A DNA stretch of 64,000 nucleotides, from the NCBI GenBank assembly GCA_030390025.1, contig CM059432.1, positions 123,010,001 to 123,074,000 on the forward strand, written 5' to 3'. Of this stretch, positions 1 through 12,023 are shown one piece after another. The position numbers and the translations under genes are program-made. Source of the DNA: Squalus acanthias (taxonomy: Eukaryota). The notes beneath the pieces are model-generated. The model saw nothing but the letters and a program-made list of their open reading frames with translations, had not been told where the DNA came from and made no database searches. Numbering within the stretch: the stretch's first letter is position 1; the number at the start of each line of letters is the position of its first letter.

Positions 1-104
1 GGAAGATGGCACAGAGGCAGGTTGGGGGCGGGATAGGCACCCGCCCCCAGATTCTGCCATTTTCCCGGCAGTCCCGCCTCCCCAGGGCTGGCAAGATCGC
101 GACC
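1..104. mobile_element. Right end of GC-rich MITE-like element (same family as 7190-8010)
   Basis: Shares attctgccattttcccggcagtcccgcctccccagggctggcaa with 7957-8000. Confidence 0.7.
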
Positions 105-654
105 TAAGAGTCAGAAAAAAGAGTTGAAACACCTTTAATAAAAAAATAATAATCTTCGTGCTTCTGTTACTTGAAACATAGAAATAGGATAAGGAATACA
201 ACAGGTAATGAGGAATTATGTGGATAGAGATTGAGGTTAAGTGAATGTTTGTCTTGCGCATTTAGGCTAATGCAAAATACTATGTGAGGAAGATGAATTA
301 GAGGTATCCAAATGGGCACAGTTAGAAGAATTTAAAACGACAGTGGCTGAATTAGGTGCAGAAGGTAGAAGAATGAAAGGCCTTGTGAGACTCTGAAGTT
401 ACCCGAGGCTGCAACAATAAGTACAATCTCAGAAGGCTCTGTGGGAGACCTTGAACAACACTATGATCTTGGCTGAATAAGGATAAAATAGGCTGGAGAT
501 TGACAAATGGTGAAAGTAATGGAAGAGCAACATACCGAAGGGCACGGATCTCGAAGAAGGGAAAACATCTGGAACTAACTAAAGGAACTAACAAGCAGGT
601 CGGAATTTGGGAGATCAACACAATTTAGGTGCTTGAAATAGGTATCAAAGATTA

Positions 655-802
655 AAAAGAAAGACTTGCATTTATATAGCGCCTTTCATGACCACCAGAG
701 GTCCCAAAGCGCTTTGCAGCCAATTAAGTAATTTTGAAGTGTAGTCACTGTTGTAATGTAGGAAACGCGGCAGCCGATTTGCGCACAGCAAGCTCCCACA
801 AA
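655..802 (-). mobile_element. 3' part of Deu-type SINE with L2-like tail
   Basis: Reverse complement of the tail at 8720-8852 (gctgtgcgcaaat...aaaggcgctatataaatgcaagt). Confidence 0.75.
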
Positions 803-1585
803 TATTAAATAATTATTTTGCTTCAGTATTTACGAGGGAGATGGAACAGGTGGACATGACAATGGATGATGAGATTAGTAATGCGATAAGTGCATTTAAA
901 AAAAAAGAGGGGATATATTAAATAAACTAATCAAACTCAAAGAGGATAAAACCCCTGGTCTGGATGGATTGCATCAAGTATCGCCCTGAAAATACACCGT
1001 GTGACATCTGAAGATAAGAGGTTATACTGAAAGAGCAGTAGGAATAGGCCTCGTCATAACGTAACCATACACCCAACTTTACTGCAGAGAAAAAACGTAA
1101 AGTACACAAAAGTGCAGTTTACAACATTGGTGGAATTAGAATTTACTGACGATAGCAACACAGCAGCCTGTTTTGCACTACCGCCCAAGATGAATTTCGC
1201 CCCCTTATTTGCTGGTGTGATCTGGGGACACAACTGTTTTTTTTGTCAGTTGATTTAGTGCATTTTCAGTCATTTTGGGGCTCACTGCTCTTCTGCCCTT
1301 GAAACCAAAAATAATTTATCCTGGAAGGATGAAGGATATTTTAAAATATGAAAATCAAGTCTGGACTTCAGTGGAACTTTTTATAGGGTTCCATACAGAC
1401 ACCAGCATCTGCGACCCCACCTCATTGTCTTTGATGTAATGTTTTCCTGACTGACCTGTTTGGACACCATCCACACCTTTGATTGCCGTGATTGTCTCTC
1501 TGCCGAGGTGTGATAAAGGGCAGTTAGAAAGATTAACTGTAATCGTCTGGCAGTGCTCTCTGACTATATATGCTATGCCGATATA

Positions 1586-1723
1586 CATCTCTTCACTTCA
1601 CCTGACAAAGGAGCAGCGCTCCGAAAGCTTGTGATTTCATTTAAAACTGTTGGACTATAACCTGGTGTTGTGCGACTTCTCACATTTGTCCACCCCAGTC
1701 CAACACCGGCATCTCCACATCAT
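1586..1723 (+). mobile_element. Short Penelope-type terminal repeat with hammerhead-like motif (core mutated)
   Basis: TCAC-CTGACAA-AGGAGC-AGC-GCTCC-GAAA-GCTT-GTGA at 1598-1634; core reads CTGACAA rather than CTGANGA. Confidence 0.6.
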
Positions 1724-2596
1724 GGCTTTCATAGGAAATGCCTCTGTCCACTATTTCAACAGAGACATAAAACCTGTATTTTAAAAAAAAAGTTCCTTTT
1801 GAAGAAAATGGAAAAAAGTTTTTAAAAGCTACATTATTAATTATAGCTTCTTTGGGGACGAACACCAAATAAACACAAGTGTAACTGTGATTTTTAAGTA
1901 GCCGTAAGCCCATTAAAAACTTTTCTGTATCACATTTGAGTGTAACCAATCGTGAGACTGATTGATTCTGACAGGCTCCAATCCCACCCGAGTTAGTACT
2001 GAAAATTTCCAGTACTAGTGGAAAAACCTGATTTTTTTCATATGAAGCATGAACAAGCTGACCTTTGGATAGAAACAGTAACTTGTCAACTAAAAATGTT
2101 GATAGTTGGCATGTATGATATTGTTACTAATATGAATGCTAACCAGGAGAATTGCTAAACTTTTTGCCAAAGATGCGGAATTCATATCATATATTACCAA
2201 ATCTAGGCTCTCGTATTGAGAGAGAATTTTCAATAATGTTGACATGCGAAGTGCCATTTCTTCTATAAGAAGGTCAGAGACCGTGGGAGATCTTCCAGCA
2301 TTTCTCTTTGATGCCCCAGTTTTCTCCTCCACCCATATTTTGGCCCAACATGCTTTTTTCCAGGGTAATTTATTTCCATGGCTCATTTTACCTGCTTTGT
2401 TTTTTTATGTAGTAAACTGCTAAATTTGAATCGCCCTTATTGAATGCCTTTTTCATCATATTAGTCTAATGTGTGGGGAAACCAATAAAATTTAATTTAA
2501 AACAAGCCTTTGTTTTGGCTTAAATTGTAAATAGTATTGCATAGTTTATTTTCCTGTAAAGTGCCCCCTATGTTAACTAGTTTAAACTGAGATAAT

Positions 2597-4760
2597 GGCC
2601 CTGATATTAACGCGGGGACAGGAACGGAGTGGGGGGGGGGGGGGACGATAGCTGTAGATAAACGAGCAACATCATGGGACAGCAAGGAATGTCCGATGTC
2701 AACGACGCTGCCTCATTATCATTTTACTTCCGGGTTTCAAATCGTGTGATGTGAATCCGCATGACGCGATTTGACCATGACTATTTAAAGGCCCAGTTCA
2801 CAGATAGAATGGAGGAGGATGACTGGAGATTGATAGTGAGGTATTTGAAGGAAAAAACTGAGGAAGATGTCTGTCAAGAGAGCAAAGGCTGCACCTGGGT
2901 TCAGCGAGTCATCGTTGAATGTTCTGCTGGGTGCATTAAGGGCTAGGAGGGAGACCCTCTTTCCCAGCAATGGGAGAAATGAAACCTGCTGCAGTGACTA
3001 AGAAGGCGTGGATGAAGGTGACCCGGGAAGTGAGCAGCAGGTGCGTGACCATTAGGACCAGGAACCAGTGCAAGAAGCGTTTCACTGTCAGAATTGATGA
3101 GGTAAGTAACAGATGTACCTCGATTCTGTCTTGTCAGGCGTACTCCATTCACAGCACTCCTCACACCCACTTCACTTTCAACAGCTCCCATCGTTCCATT
3201 TAAATGCACATCTTCACCTTCCCCTTCCTCCATCCACCACTGCCAGTCACCGCAATCTTCATGTAATCTGATAACACCTCATTCAGCTCTCTCGATATTC
3301 AGCATATGTCCTCAAATGGCACGGTCAACATGTTCCTCAACTGCATGCCAGTGCCACTTGTGATGGATCTGCCTGATTGTCACCCTCAGTGAATGAAGTG
3401 CGTCCATCGGATGCACACATGCCTCAGCCATTCATAGGTCTGTTATGCCACCCTTGCAGGAGAAGAGAGCACAGAATACCAGGGAGTGGACTAGGACCGG
3501 AGCAGACCTCCACAGATTGTGGAGCTTTACCTGGCAGAGGACAAACCCTTGGAGATTAGCAGCATATCTGCCTCCCTGAGTATTGGAGATGGTGACATTG
3601 GTAGTGCCTTGGAGCAGGGTGACAGCATTAATCTCTCAGACCCACATCTCCTACAAGACAAAATCGTATTGAGTTGACTTCAGCAATTTATCAAATATGA
3701 TCACTTTAATCATGTGCATTTCAACATTTGTGGAGTTCCATGATTAAAGAGAGCACAGAATACCAGGGAGTGTTCCTCCTCCAGGGCAGAAGAACAGGAG
3801 ACCCTGCCTGGAGAGGATGAAGACTCCTCAGAGGAGCTCATTCCTGCTGAGGGTGCACCGTCACAGAACACGAGTTGCAGGCACCAACGCAGATATGATC
3901 ATATACGGGTTCTATTAGACAGTTAGATGGGAATGTCACTTGGTGAATCGCATAGCACAAGTGAGCATGAGCCGACGGTTTTGGTAGGGACAGCTGAGGA
4001 AAATCCACGTTGGAGGGCACCGTCCTCTCCAAGCTCTGCTCAGCTGGACAGAGATGCTGAACCCGCGGTCAGTCAAGTAAAAGGAAAAAGCTAGAGGCTC
4101 ATCATCAACTATGCGAGGTACTGACAGTCCTGCCAGCACACTCTCCACAATGTCACAGAGGATGAGGAGTCCAACTCAAACATTTGTGGCGTGATATCAC
4201 AGGGCCTTTCGAAGATGCAATCTTCCATTGAGAGTCTTGCCACCTCTATGGAAGTTGAATCAGGGCACGTAAATGCTTCCCTGCAAGCCCAGATAGTGAC
4301 CGTACAAACTCTGAAGGCCAATATGTCTACCGGCTTCCAAATCCTAGCAGATAGATTCAACGTGGGCTTCCAAGGCGTCACTGATTTCCTCCAAGCTGCT
4401 CTCCCGCAGAGAGGCAGGAGTGATGTGCCGCGGGCCCAGGAGAGGGAGGATGGTGATGAGGGAGATGAAAATGCGCACTCCTCAAAGTTTTCACGTTTCA
4501 TCCGTTGCCCCCCAACCAGCCCTCCTGTTGTAAGGGAGTTAATATTGAGACCAATGTCTCCAGAGGTCAAAAAGAGCAAAGTGCCTGCCCAGGAACATTC
4601 TTCTATAGTGCAAGAAGGGGAAAAATCACACAGTTCTACTTAAAATGTCTTGTGAAGGCTTACATCCCAGTGATTTTTTTTTATAGGTTTCTGCAAATGG
4701 ACAATCTTTACATGTTACATGGGCTATTTCAATTTTTTTGAGAATAGATTTTTGTACCAT
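2597..4760 (+). mobile_element. Decayed Harbinger/PIF-type DNA transposon carrying a Myb/SANT gene
   Basis: Starts aat|GGCCCTGATATT, like the other MITE termini here; contains Myb/SANT-like coding remnants; right TIR and transposase not found. Confidence 0.6.
2867..4643 (+). pseudogene. Myb/SANT-like (trihelix) DNA-binding protein gene remnant, about 3 exons
   Basis: MSVKRAKAAPGFSESSLNVLLGALRARRETLFPSNGR, frameshift, KPAAVTKKAWMKVTREVSSRCVTIRTRNQCKKRF; donor gtaagt 3102; acceptor cttgcag 3459 then EKRAQNTREWTRTG; acceptor ccag 3784; helical C-terminal ORF 4191-4643. Confidence 0.75.
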
Positions 4761-4904
4761 CAATCTGAGTTGCGTTCAACCTCAAAACCCAGAGGTGATA
4801 GGTCAGTATTCTAATCCTTCAGAAGTCTACTTCATAAATATATTGAATTGATTCTGTTGAAAATGTGAAACCTGTAACATATTTATGAACAACAGTCAGG
4901 TGGG

Positions 4905-5260
4905 AGAGGGTTGGTGGGGGTGATGGGGGGGCGCGCAGTTAAAAATATAAAATGGAGAACGCGTCCCCAACCTGTTGCCCGTATGCGCCCATTGCCGTTT
5001 TCACGGCGACAGGTTTCGGGTCATGCGGGTGTCCTGCCATCGGGCAATTGGGAGCCTGATTTAAATTTAACAGTTGCCGCGCGGGTTTCCCAGGGCTCGG
5101 GAAATCCAGCAGTAAAAGGGAGGCAGGCGCTGCCAGCTCAAGAAGGTAAGTGCCTTTTACAGCACTCCTTGTGGGCCAAGAGGAGCAGGGATGCTCCCCC
5201 TGATCCCTCAAGTAAGCCTTTGGCCTCTCTTTCTCCTCCGCCACGATCGCCAACCTAACA
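4905..5260. mobile_element. GC-rich non-autonomous DNA-transposon fragment
   Basis: CpG-rich island in AT-rich intron; shares gcactcct...gaggagca motifs with 27225-27870. Confidence 0.45.
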
Positions 5261-5819
5261 GTATCGTACTGCAGACCACAATTTCCATTTCCTTTTACAA
5301 TAAAGTGCACTCAATTACCTAACTAGCAATTACTTAGTAAAACCTGGCTGGAGATTTCTGTAATTAAAGTACAGTAGCTTTCATTGAATCACTGAATGGA
5401 TTTATGTATGTGGAAGAGATTAGACACAAGGGTTTGAACATTTTTAAGTAAAAGCAACAGAAAGCATAATTATGGTCAGTAATTACTTTGGAAATATGCG
5501 TATGGTTGCTACACAAAACAGATCCCTGCGCTTCTCTGTTTACTAAGATAATTTATTGGTTAATACTTTTTACGAAGTGAAAAAAATTCAAATTGTTTAA
5601 CAAAGCCTTCAGATACAGTAGCTTTTTATGCAAAATAAATTCTGTAGACTGGTGGTAACATAATTTTAGCAAACCGCAGGTTGATCAGTTACCCTGTTAT
5701 TGTCCTTCCTAAATTGTCACTCATCCTAATTCCTTTATAAATCAGTTATTTCCTTTTCCTAGAGGTATAAATACAAGATCACATATGCATTTTCACCCTT
5801 CACATCTTCTTCCAGGATC

Positions 5820-6160
5820 AGAGCACACATTCTAGGCTGAGACTCCAACGCAATACTGAGGTAGTGTTGCATTGTTTGAGGCACCTTCCTCCGCTGAGAT
5901 GCTAATCCACAAGGCCTTGTGTGCTTGTTCCAGTGAGCCTTCAGGATCTCGTGAGGAATTCTCCCAGTACCCTGACAAACATTCCTCCTTCTACCCAGAA
6001 ACAGATTAACTAATCATTCAACTCCTTGTTGTTTGCGATATTTTACAATATACAAAATCACTGCCGACCTCTGCCTACTTAACAGACATCACTGCACTTC
6101 AAAGTAGTTAATTTTATATAGAGTGCTTTGAGACATACGTGAGGGGTGTGAATATTCTTC
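5820..6160 (+). mobile_element. Degraded Deu-type SINE
   Basis: Collinear similarity to 33660-34065 and 8532-8852. Confidence 0.55.
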
Positions 6161-7189
6161 ATGCCGTTGAAAGTTTTTCTGTGAAGGACATTATATCTGC
6201 AATAGTGCAAGTGTATGGTATATTTGAATTGAAAGAGTATAATAATAATGTGCCTTCACTTTTAAAAGCATAGAGCATTTTATAATTAAATCGGCACTGG
6301 GTAAACTCTCTCAACAAGCGGGGGGGAAAAATCGGGACCCAGAGGATGCAGAGAATAACATGCGGGAAACCACTCCAGCAACTAATAGTGCTGGACGCAC
6401 GTAGTACGAATTCTCCATTCATCCAAACTGGAGCACTTGGAAAATTGTTTTGTCCACAGACTCTTTGGAGTGCTCTTCTCAGAAATTGCAGTGACTTTAT
6501 TCCCATAAGAGGCATCATTGTCAATCATCTGTAAAGATATACATAAAAGTATATTGATGGGTCTTGAAAGATTATCATTTGTGAACCCATGTTCTTAAAG
6601 ACTAATGGATTTGATTTGTTTTTCTGTTTCCACTTCACATTTATATAATGCAGATACAAAATGACAGTGAACATTAACACAAAATGTGATATTGGCATTG
6701 ATGTGAAGAAATCTTGCCATGTGCATGTTTGATACTTGTACAGATCGAATTTGGATCTTCTCATTCAGATATAAGGGCCACTTCTATTCTTCAGATGCTG
6801 AGAGCTTTTTGTGCCTTTGTTGATTGTGGGCCTTCTTGAGTCTAGCCACCTTTTCAGACCAAATTCTGTAGACTCTTTCATTGCATATTTTTTGATGCTA
6901 CAATGATGTTGGAAAGTTTTCACAAATATAGTTTCCTAATTAATTTAACTGGGAAAGCCATTTCTGTTCAGAGATTAGTTAGGTATATTACTTTCATTCT
7001 TCACTGCCAGCAATAACTATGTTTAGCTTGTTAATATAGATCAATTGGTTCATTTCTTGTTATAAAAGTGGTAATTATCATTATCTCCTTCAAATTCTTT
7101 TTAGATGATACAAGTCCAAAAGATATATTTAATGGGGATTATGGTAATTTTGCATATTTCTGATAAATTTACCACGCATACAACACACG

Positions 7190-8010
7190 GGAGGTGATTT
7201 TCTCAATGGGGAGCTTTTGGAGGCGGGACTCCCACTTGTCGGGTTTCAGTCCTGCCTCCATCAACTTCTGGCCAACCCACGCTATTTTCCCTTGATTGAC
7301 CTTGTTAAGCCCGCCCAGTGGGTTTAGCAGGCCAATTAAGGGAAAGCCGGTTGCAGAGAATGTTAACGTATGACGTTTCATCTGTCAAATTTTTGACACA
7401 TGAATTGTCATCGTTAGATAGCTCTCTGAAGCTGTCAAACACTGACATTCTCTGTAGTTTGATGAGGTCTTAAATTCAAGACCTCATCAAACATCTTTCT
7501 TTTGCAGAAATTAGATGGTTGTTGCATTGGAGAATGCAACGGTCATCTGTCATCTCTGCCGCGGAGGTGCGAGACTCTCTGCATACACACCGACTGAAGC
7601 CTGCAGGAAGAAACAAAGGTAAGTACACTTTTTCTAACACTTTGCACTTATCTCAGATACTCACCTCTCCACATTTGCACCCATCACTCACCTCCATAGC
7701 ACACTTTTGGACCCCGCAGACCCACTACTCGCCTCGCTGACCTGGCGGGTTTCGGAGCCTTCGGGAAGCCCGCACTTATGATGGCAAAAAGGGGATAATC
7801 CTATTTTCTGCCTGTTAACTACCTGTTAACAGGCAGTTAATTGGCTTTAATTAGTTCCCGCCTCCAAGGAGATGGGACCCGGCGTGGGACGGCTACCCGC
7901 CTCCTGGCAAGATGGCATGGAGGTGGGTTGGGCACCCGGCCCCAAATTCTGCCATAATTCTGCCATTTTCCCGGCAGTCCCGCCTCCCCAGGGCTGGCAA
8001 AATCGCCCCC
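7190..8010. mobile_element. Harbinger-like MITE
   Basis: Left GGAGGTGATTTT versus right AAAATCGCCCCC (rc GGGGGCGATTTT, 10/12); internal hairpins; no clear TSD. Confidence 0.65.
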
Positions 8011-8034
8011 TATATCTAGGGATCAGTCACCGGT

Positions 8035-8531
8035 ATAAGAGGATGCAACAGCCAGTCTGTGATCTCTACAATGGAGATGTCGGGACTCCGGCTCCACAGT
8101 GGCTGAAGGCTGTAGGCAGAAACAAAGGTAAGTTAACATTTTCTAACACTTTACACTCACCTCACATACTTACCACTCCACACTTGCACCCATCACTCAC
8201 CTCTACATCGCACTTTCAGACCCCTCCGATCCCCGCAGACCTCCTACTCGGCTCCTACACCCTGGCGGGGTTCCCCCAGGTCGAGAAGCTCGCACTTCAG
8301 AAAGAAAAATGGGGATAATCCTATTTTCTGCCTGTTAACTACCTGTTAACAGGCAGTTAATGGGCTTTAATCCCTTCCCGCCTCCAAGGAGATGGGACCC
8401 GGGGCAGGACGGCTTCCCGCCTCCTGGCAAGAGGGCATGGGGGCAGGTTTGCCACCCGCCCCCAAATTCGGCAACTTTCCCGGCAGTCCCGCCTCCATAC
8501 CCACCTCCTCGGGGCTGAGAAAATCCAGCCC
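8035..8531. mobile_element. Second, partial copy of the 7190-8010 family in direct orientation
   Basis: 8040-8496 aligns with 7530-7990 (agaaacaaaggtaagt, ggggataatcctattttctgcctgttaac...); ends GAGAAAATCCAGCCC. Confidence 0.75.
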
Positions 8532-8852
8532 GATGTCTTTCAGATGAGACATTAAACTGAGGCCACACCTACCCTCTTAGGTAGACGTAAAAGATCCCAT
8601 GGCACTATTTTGAATAAGAGCAGGGGAGTTCTCCCCGTTGTCCTGGACATTATTTATCCCTCAACTAGCACCTTTTTAAAAAAAAAAGACTCTCTGGCCA
8701 TTATCTCACTGCTGTTTGAGCAACTTTGCTGTGCGCAAATTGGCTGCCGTGTTTACTATATTACAACAGTGACTACACTTAAAGTATTTCATTGGTTGCA
8801 AAGCGCATTGGGATTTCCTGAGATTGTGAAAGGCGCTATATAAATGCAAGTA
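8532..8852 (+). mobile_element. Deu-domain SINE (SacSINE1/AmnSINE-like), 5' truncated
   Basis: gatgagacattaaactgaggcc...gtaaaagatcccatggcactattttgaataagagcaggggagttctcccc matches the Deu domain as I recall it; L2-type tail aaaggcgctatataaatgcaagt. Confidence 0.8.
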
Positions 8853-9990
8853 TATATCCAATATTTGCACACGTCAACCAACCCAATGGTTAATACTTCT
8901 GTTAGAAGGACGGTCATGTTAAGTGTTCATCCATGTGATATTTCGGGAGTTTTTATTTAGGACAAATTTTAAGTCGTTTATATCAAGTTGCTACTATTAA
9001 ATAAAATTCAGCACCACACTTAAAGCCACAGAGTATATGAGCTTTTGGGATTGCAAATTAAATCTAGATGAATTGGCTAGAGAAGTGCTTCTGGCATACC
9101 GCATCATCTTGAGACAGTGGTGATGCAAAAGATGTTCCAGTAAATATCATACGTAATATGTTGGAGCAACCACCTTCATGTGAGCCCAGCAGGGATAGCT
9201 GCCAGGGAAACCCACACCGAGGATGGTGCTAGCCAGATTGGTTGTTAGCTCAGTCTCTGGACACGGAGAGCTGGGATAGGACCAAAGGTCAAGCTAGCTC
9301 AGAAAAGACAGACCGTCTGCAGTAATCTGGAATGGAAGTTAGACACACTGGCTAAGAACTCAGTTTCTAAGGTTAGGGCCGACTAGTTTGAGATTTGCTA
9401 GTCAGTTAAGTGAGAGTGGCTTCTTAACGGGGATAGCATTAACGGGCATGATTTTTATTTCCTGTTATGAGGAGCATTATGAAATAGATTCAAAATCACA
9501 GTAAATGTTATTCTGTTTGTTCACATACTACATGTAAAATAAATTAGTTTATTGGTTTGCAATTATCTTTGTCTCACTCGGGTGCTGACCAGCAAGCCTT
9601 CTGGAAGATAGTAGGAATCGACGTGAAGGTACGTGCAATAGTACAGAATCTAGTGCACACAACAAGGGGTTACATTGGCATTCCTGAGGTCATGAAAGGC
9701 ACTATATAAATGCAAGTCTTTCTTTTCTTCTTTAAAGGTAAACTCCTGATTGTAGGGGATGCATGGTCTACCTTTAGGAGACATCGCTGCCGTTGAATCT
9801 GAGAGAATATCCAGTGCAGACCCGAAGTCTGTTAATATTATCGACAGTAATCTTGTTTGCAAAGCTGCACTGTTACATATATAAATAGGTTGTACCAGCA
9901 TGTTTGAGGTTATGGAAACCACCTGAGAGTTTGACTTGGAACGTCAAATACCGGGGTAGTTTCATTCATTTTCTTTTATTTTTGTTTTAG

Positions 9991-10101
9991 GATTGGATAT
10001 CCCTGTGGTCTTTGGCATACGAGCATAACAATGAGGATCAGGTGCCATCACGACTGGGTCTAGCATGGCTCATTCCTCTCTGGGTTGACCGAGACCCTGA
10101 G
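9991..10101 (+). CDS. RTTN: Rotatin internal coding exon (1st in window)
   Basis: Acceptor tttgttttag, donor gtatgt; 111 nt, [52 protein letters not shown] is recognisable as vertebrate rotatin. Confidence 0.95.
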
Positions 10102-10982
10102 GTATGTAGGTTTTGTTGCTTATGTTTTTAATAGTTATCCATTTTGGTGTAATGCTGGGTCAGTGCTCATGTTCTGCTTTCTTTTTTTTTGTGCTCATTC
10201 TGTATAGTTTCACAGGCTAAGCAACGTTAACCTTTTCAGTAGCTCCCGCTGGAGCCCTATACAAGCTAAATTTACACTGCACATCCCCATACAGAGTTTG
10301 TTTGGCTCTGCACTTAACTTCTCCACACTGGCTAGATTTGCTCATTAGTCCACACCCTTTAAGGCAAGTGAACCCACTATTATTTTAAGTGCAGCATAGT
10401 GTTCAAGTCACAATACCAGCTGCTTGGAAAGGTGAAATTGCACCCTAAGCTCTTGAGAGTAATTTTTACCTATGGAATGCACCATGGCTGATAAATAGAT
10501 TATAGCATTCACAGTTCCGAGTACTAATTAACAAAAAACATGCTATAAATCAGATTTATGAAAGTGTGTTTTAGTTCATGCATTCACAAAGATATGACTC
10601 TATATTTGTTTTCTTCCTGAGGAAGCGAGTCACTTCATCACCATATGTCCACATGTGCTACTACTGCAATATGATATTAAGTTGGTAATCTCATCACTAA
10701 TGTTATTGTTTCCTGAGAAGCTTTCTGTTTTAGCTCAGTATTATTTATTAGTCTTTTTTAACTGTATAAAATAGTTTATATTCCTTTGTTTCAAGCACAT
10801 TTTTAACTTTATTGCAAAAAAAGGCACAGCTCTGAATGTATTTTCTATTCATGTCACTCTGGAAGTATGGTTCTACATTTGAAATATAAAATGTGTGTGT
10901 TATGTCACTGATAAGATCAACATTTATTGTCATTTTGTTCAGTGTCCAAAATATGTACTAGTTTCTGTTCAAATTGTCTCAG

Positions 10983-11141
10983 GTCCGTTTTGGCAGTTTG
11001 GGTATTGGATCAGCACTGACGCTGGTTGAAAATGGCTGCATTGCACTGGCAGCCAGCTGTCAAAACATTTCTGGAGGATTATGGGGCACAGTGCTAAATA
11101 TCCTTCTGGAGCAATCTGAGTGCAGTATGGTTCGCAAAGAG
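10983..11141 (+). CDS. RTTN: Rotatin coding exon (2nd)
   Basis: Acceptor ctcag, donor gtgagt; 159 nt, [53 protein letters not shown]; phase 0/0. Confidence 0.96.
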
Positions 11142-11199
11142 GTGAGTAATGCTTCTAAATAATGTAGTAGATACCCGTGCTATGATTCAGCTTCCTCCC

Positions 11200-11942
11200 A
11201 ACCGAAGTGACGGCGCTCGCCGCTGACCTCAAAGAAAGCTGCCCACAAAGTTCTAGCAATCTCTGTGGCGTGGATTTAACCTTTCCCAATGTTACTTTCA
11301 TTCTGGGTCACCTATTGGGGATCTCACAGACAGCAAACCACAAAGTAAAAAGCACTGATTATCCTTCATTTTTTAATCATTTTACAGAGAGCGAAATAAA
11401 GATTGGGACATACACATGGGATTAAGGTAGATGCTGAAATATTATAAACAAACTTTAAAAAAAATATATTTTAAAAATCATGGCATTTTTATCATGTAGG
11501 AAATATAAAATTAGTTTTTTTAAGGCCAGAGTGGTTGTTCAGTAATTATGACCTAGTACGCCATTAAAAAGTCAGTTACACCTTATTAAACAAGGCTTAA
11601 CTTTTTTTAAAGGTTTTTACAGTGATAAAAGAGTGTAAAAAGCTGAAGTTCATGTCAATTCACTGATTCTGTATTGATTGCATTTACGAGACTGTAACAG
11701 CACACCCTGTGGAGTAGCAGGGCATCACTGACAGCAACTTCAGGATTTCCTGCTTCCCCGTCTGAGAATTCTGTAGTGGGATTGGCTGCTTAGACGGCTT
11801 GTTGACGTCACAGCAGATCGCATTAGGGATTCCCCATTATAAACTAAAATCACAAGGCAAACTTCTCGCCACAGAGATCGCAAGATCTCTGTGGGCCAGC
11901 AGCGAGCGCCTTTGTTTCACCGCTGACTGCAAATTCCGGGCC
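11200..11942. mobile_element. Harbinger-like MITE, left end eroded
   Basis: Right terminus cgctgactgcAAATTCCGGGCC|att; internal blocks shared with 15020-16023. Confidence 0.65.
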
Positions 11943-12023
11943 ATTGATTTGTTGAGAGTCAAAGAAAAGTGACAAGGATGGATCAAAGTGCTTACTTATA
12001 AAGACAGCCTGAAAGATTGATCA

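Noticed and set aside
2090..2386. 98-aa minus-strand ORF
   Set aside because: No recognisable domain or exon structure; consistent with chance.
9159..9674. Possible solo LTR (TG...AATAAA...GGGGTTACA)
   Set aside because: No matching inverted termini or TSD found; cannot be supported without a repeat search.
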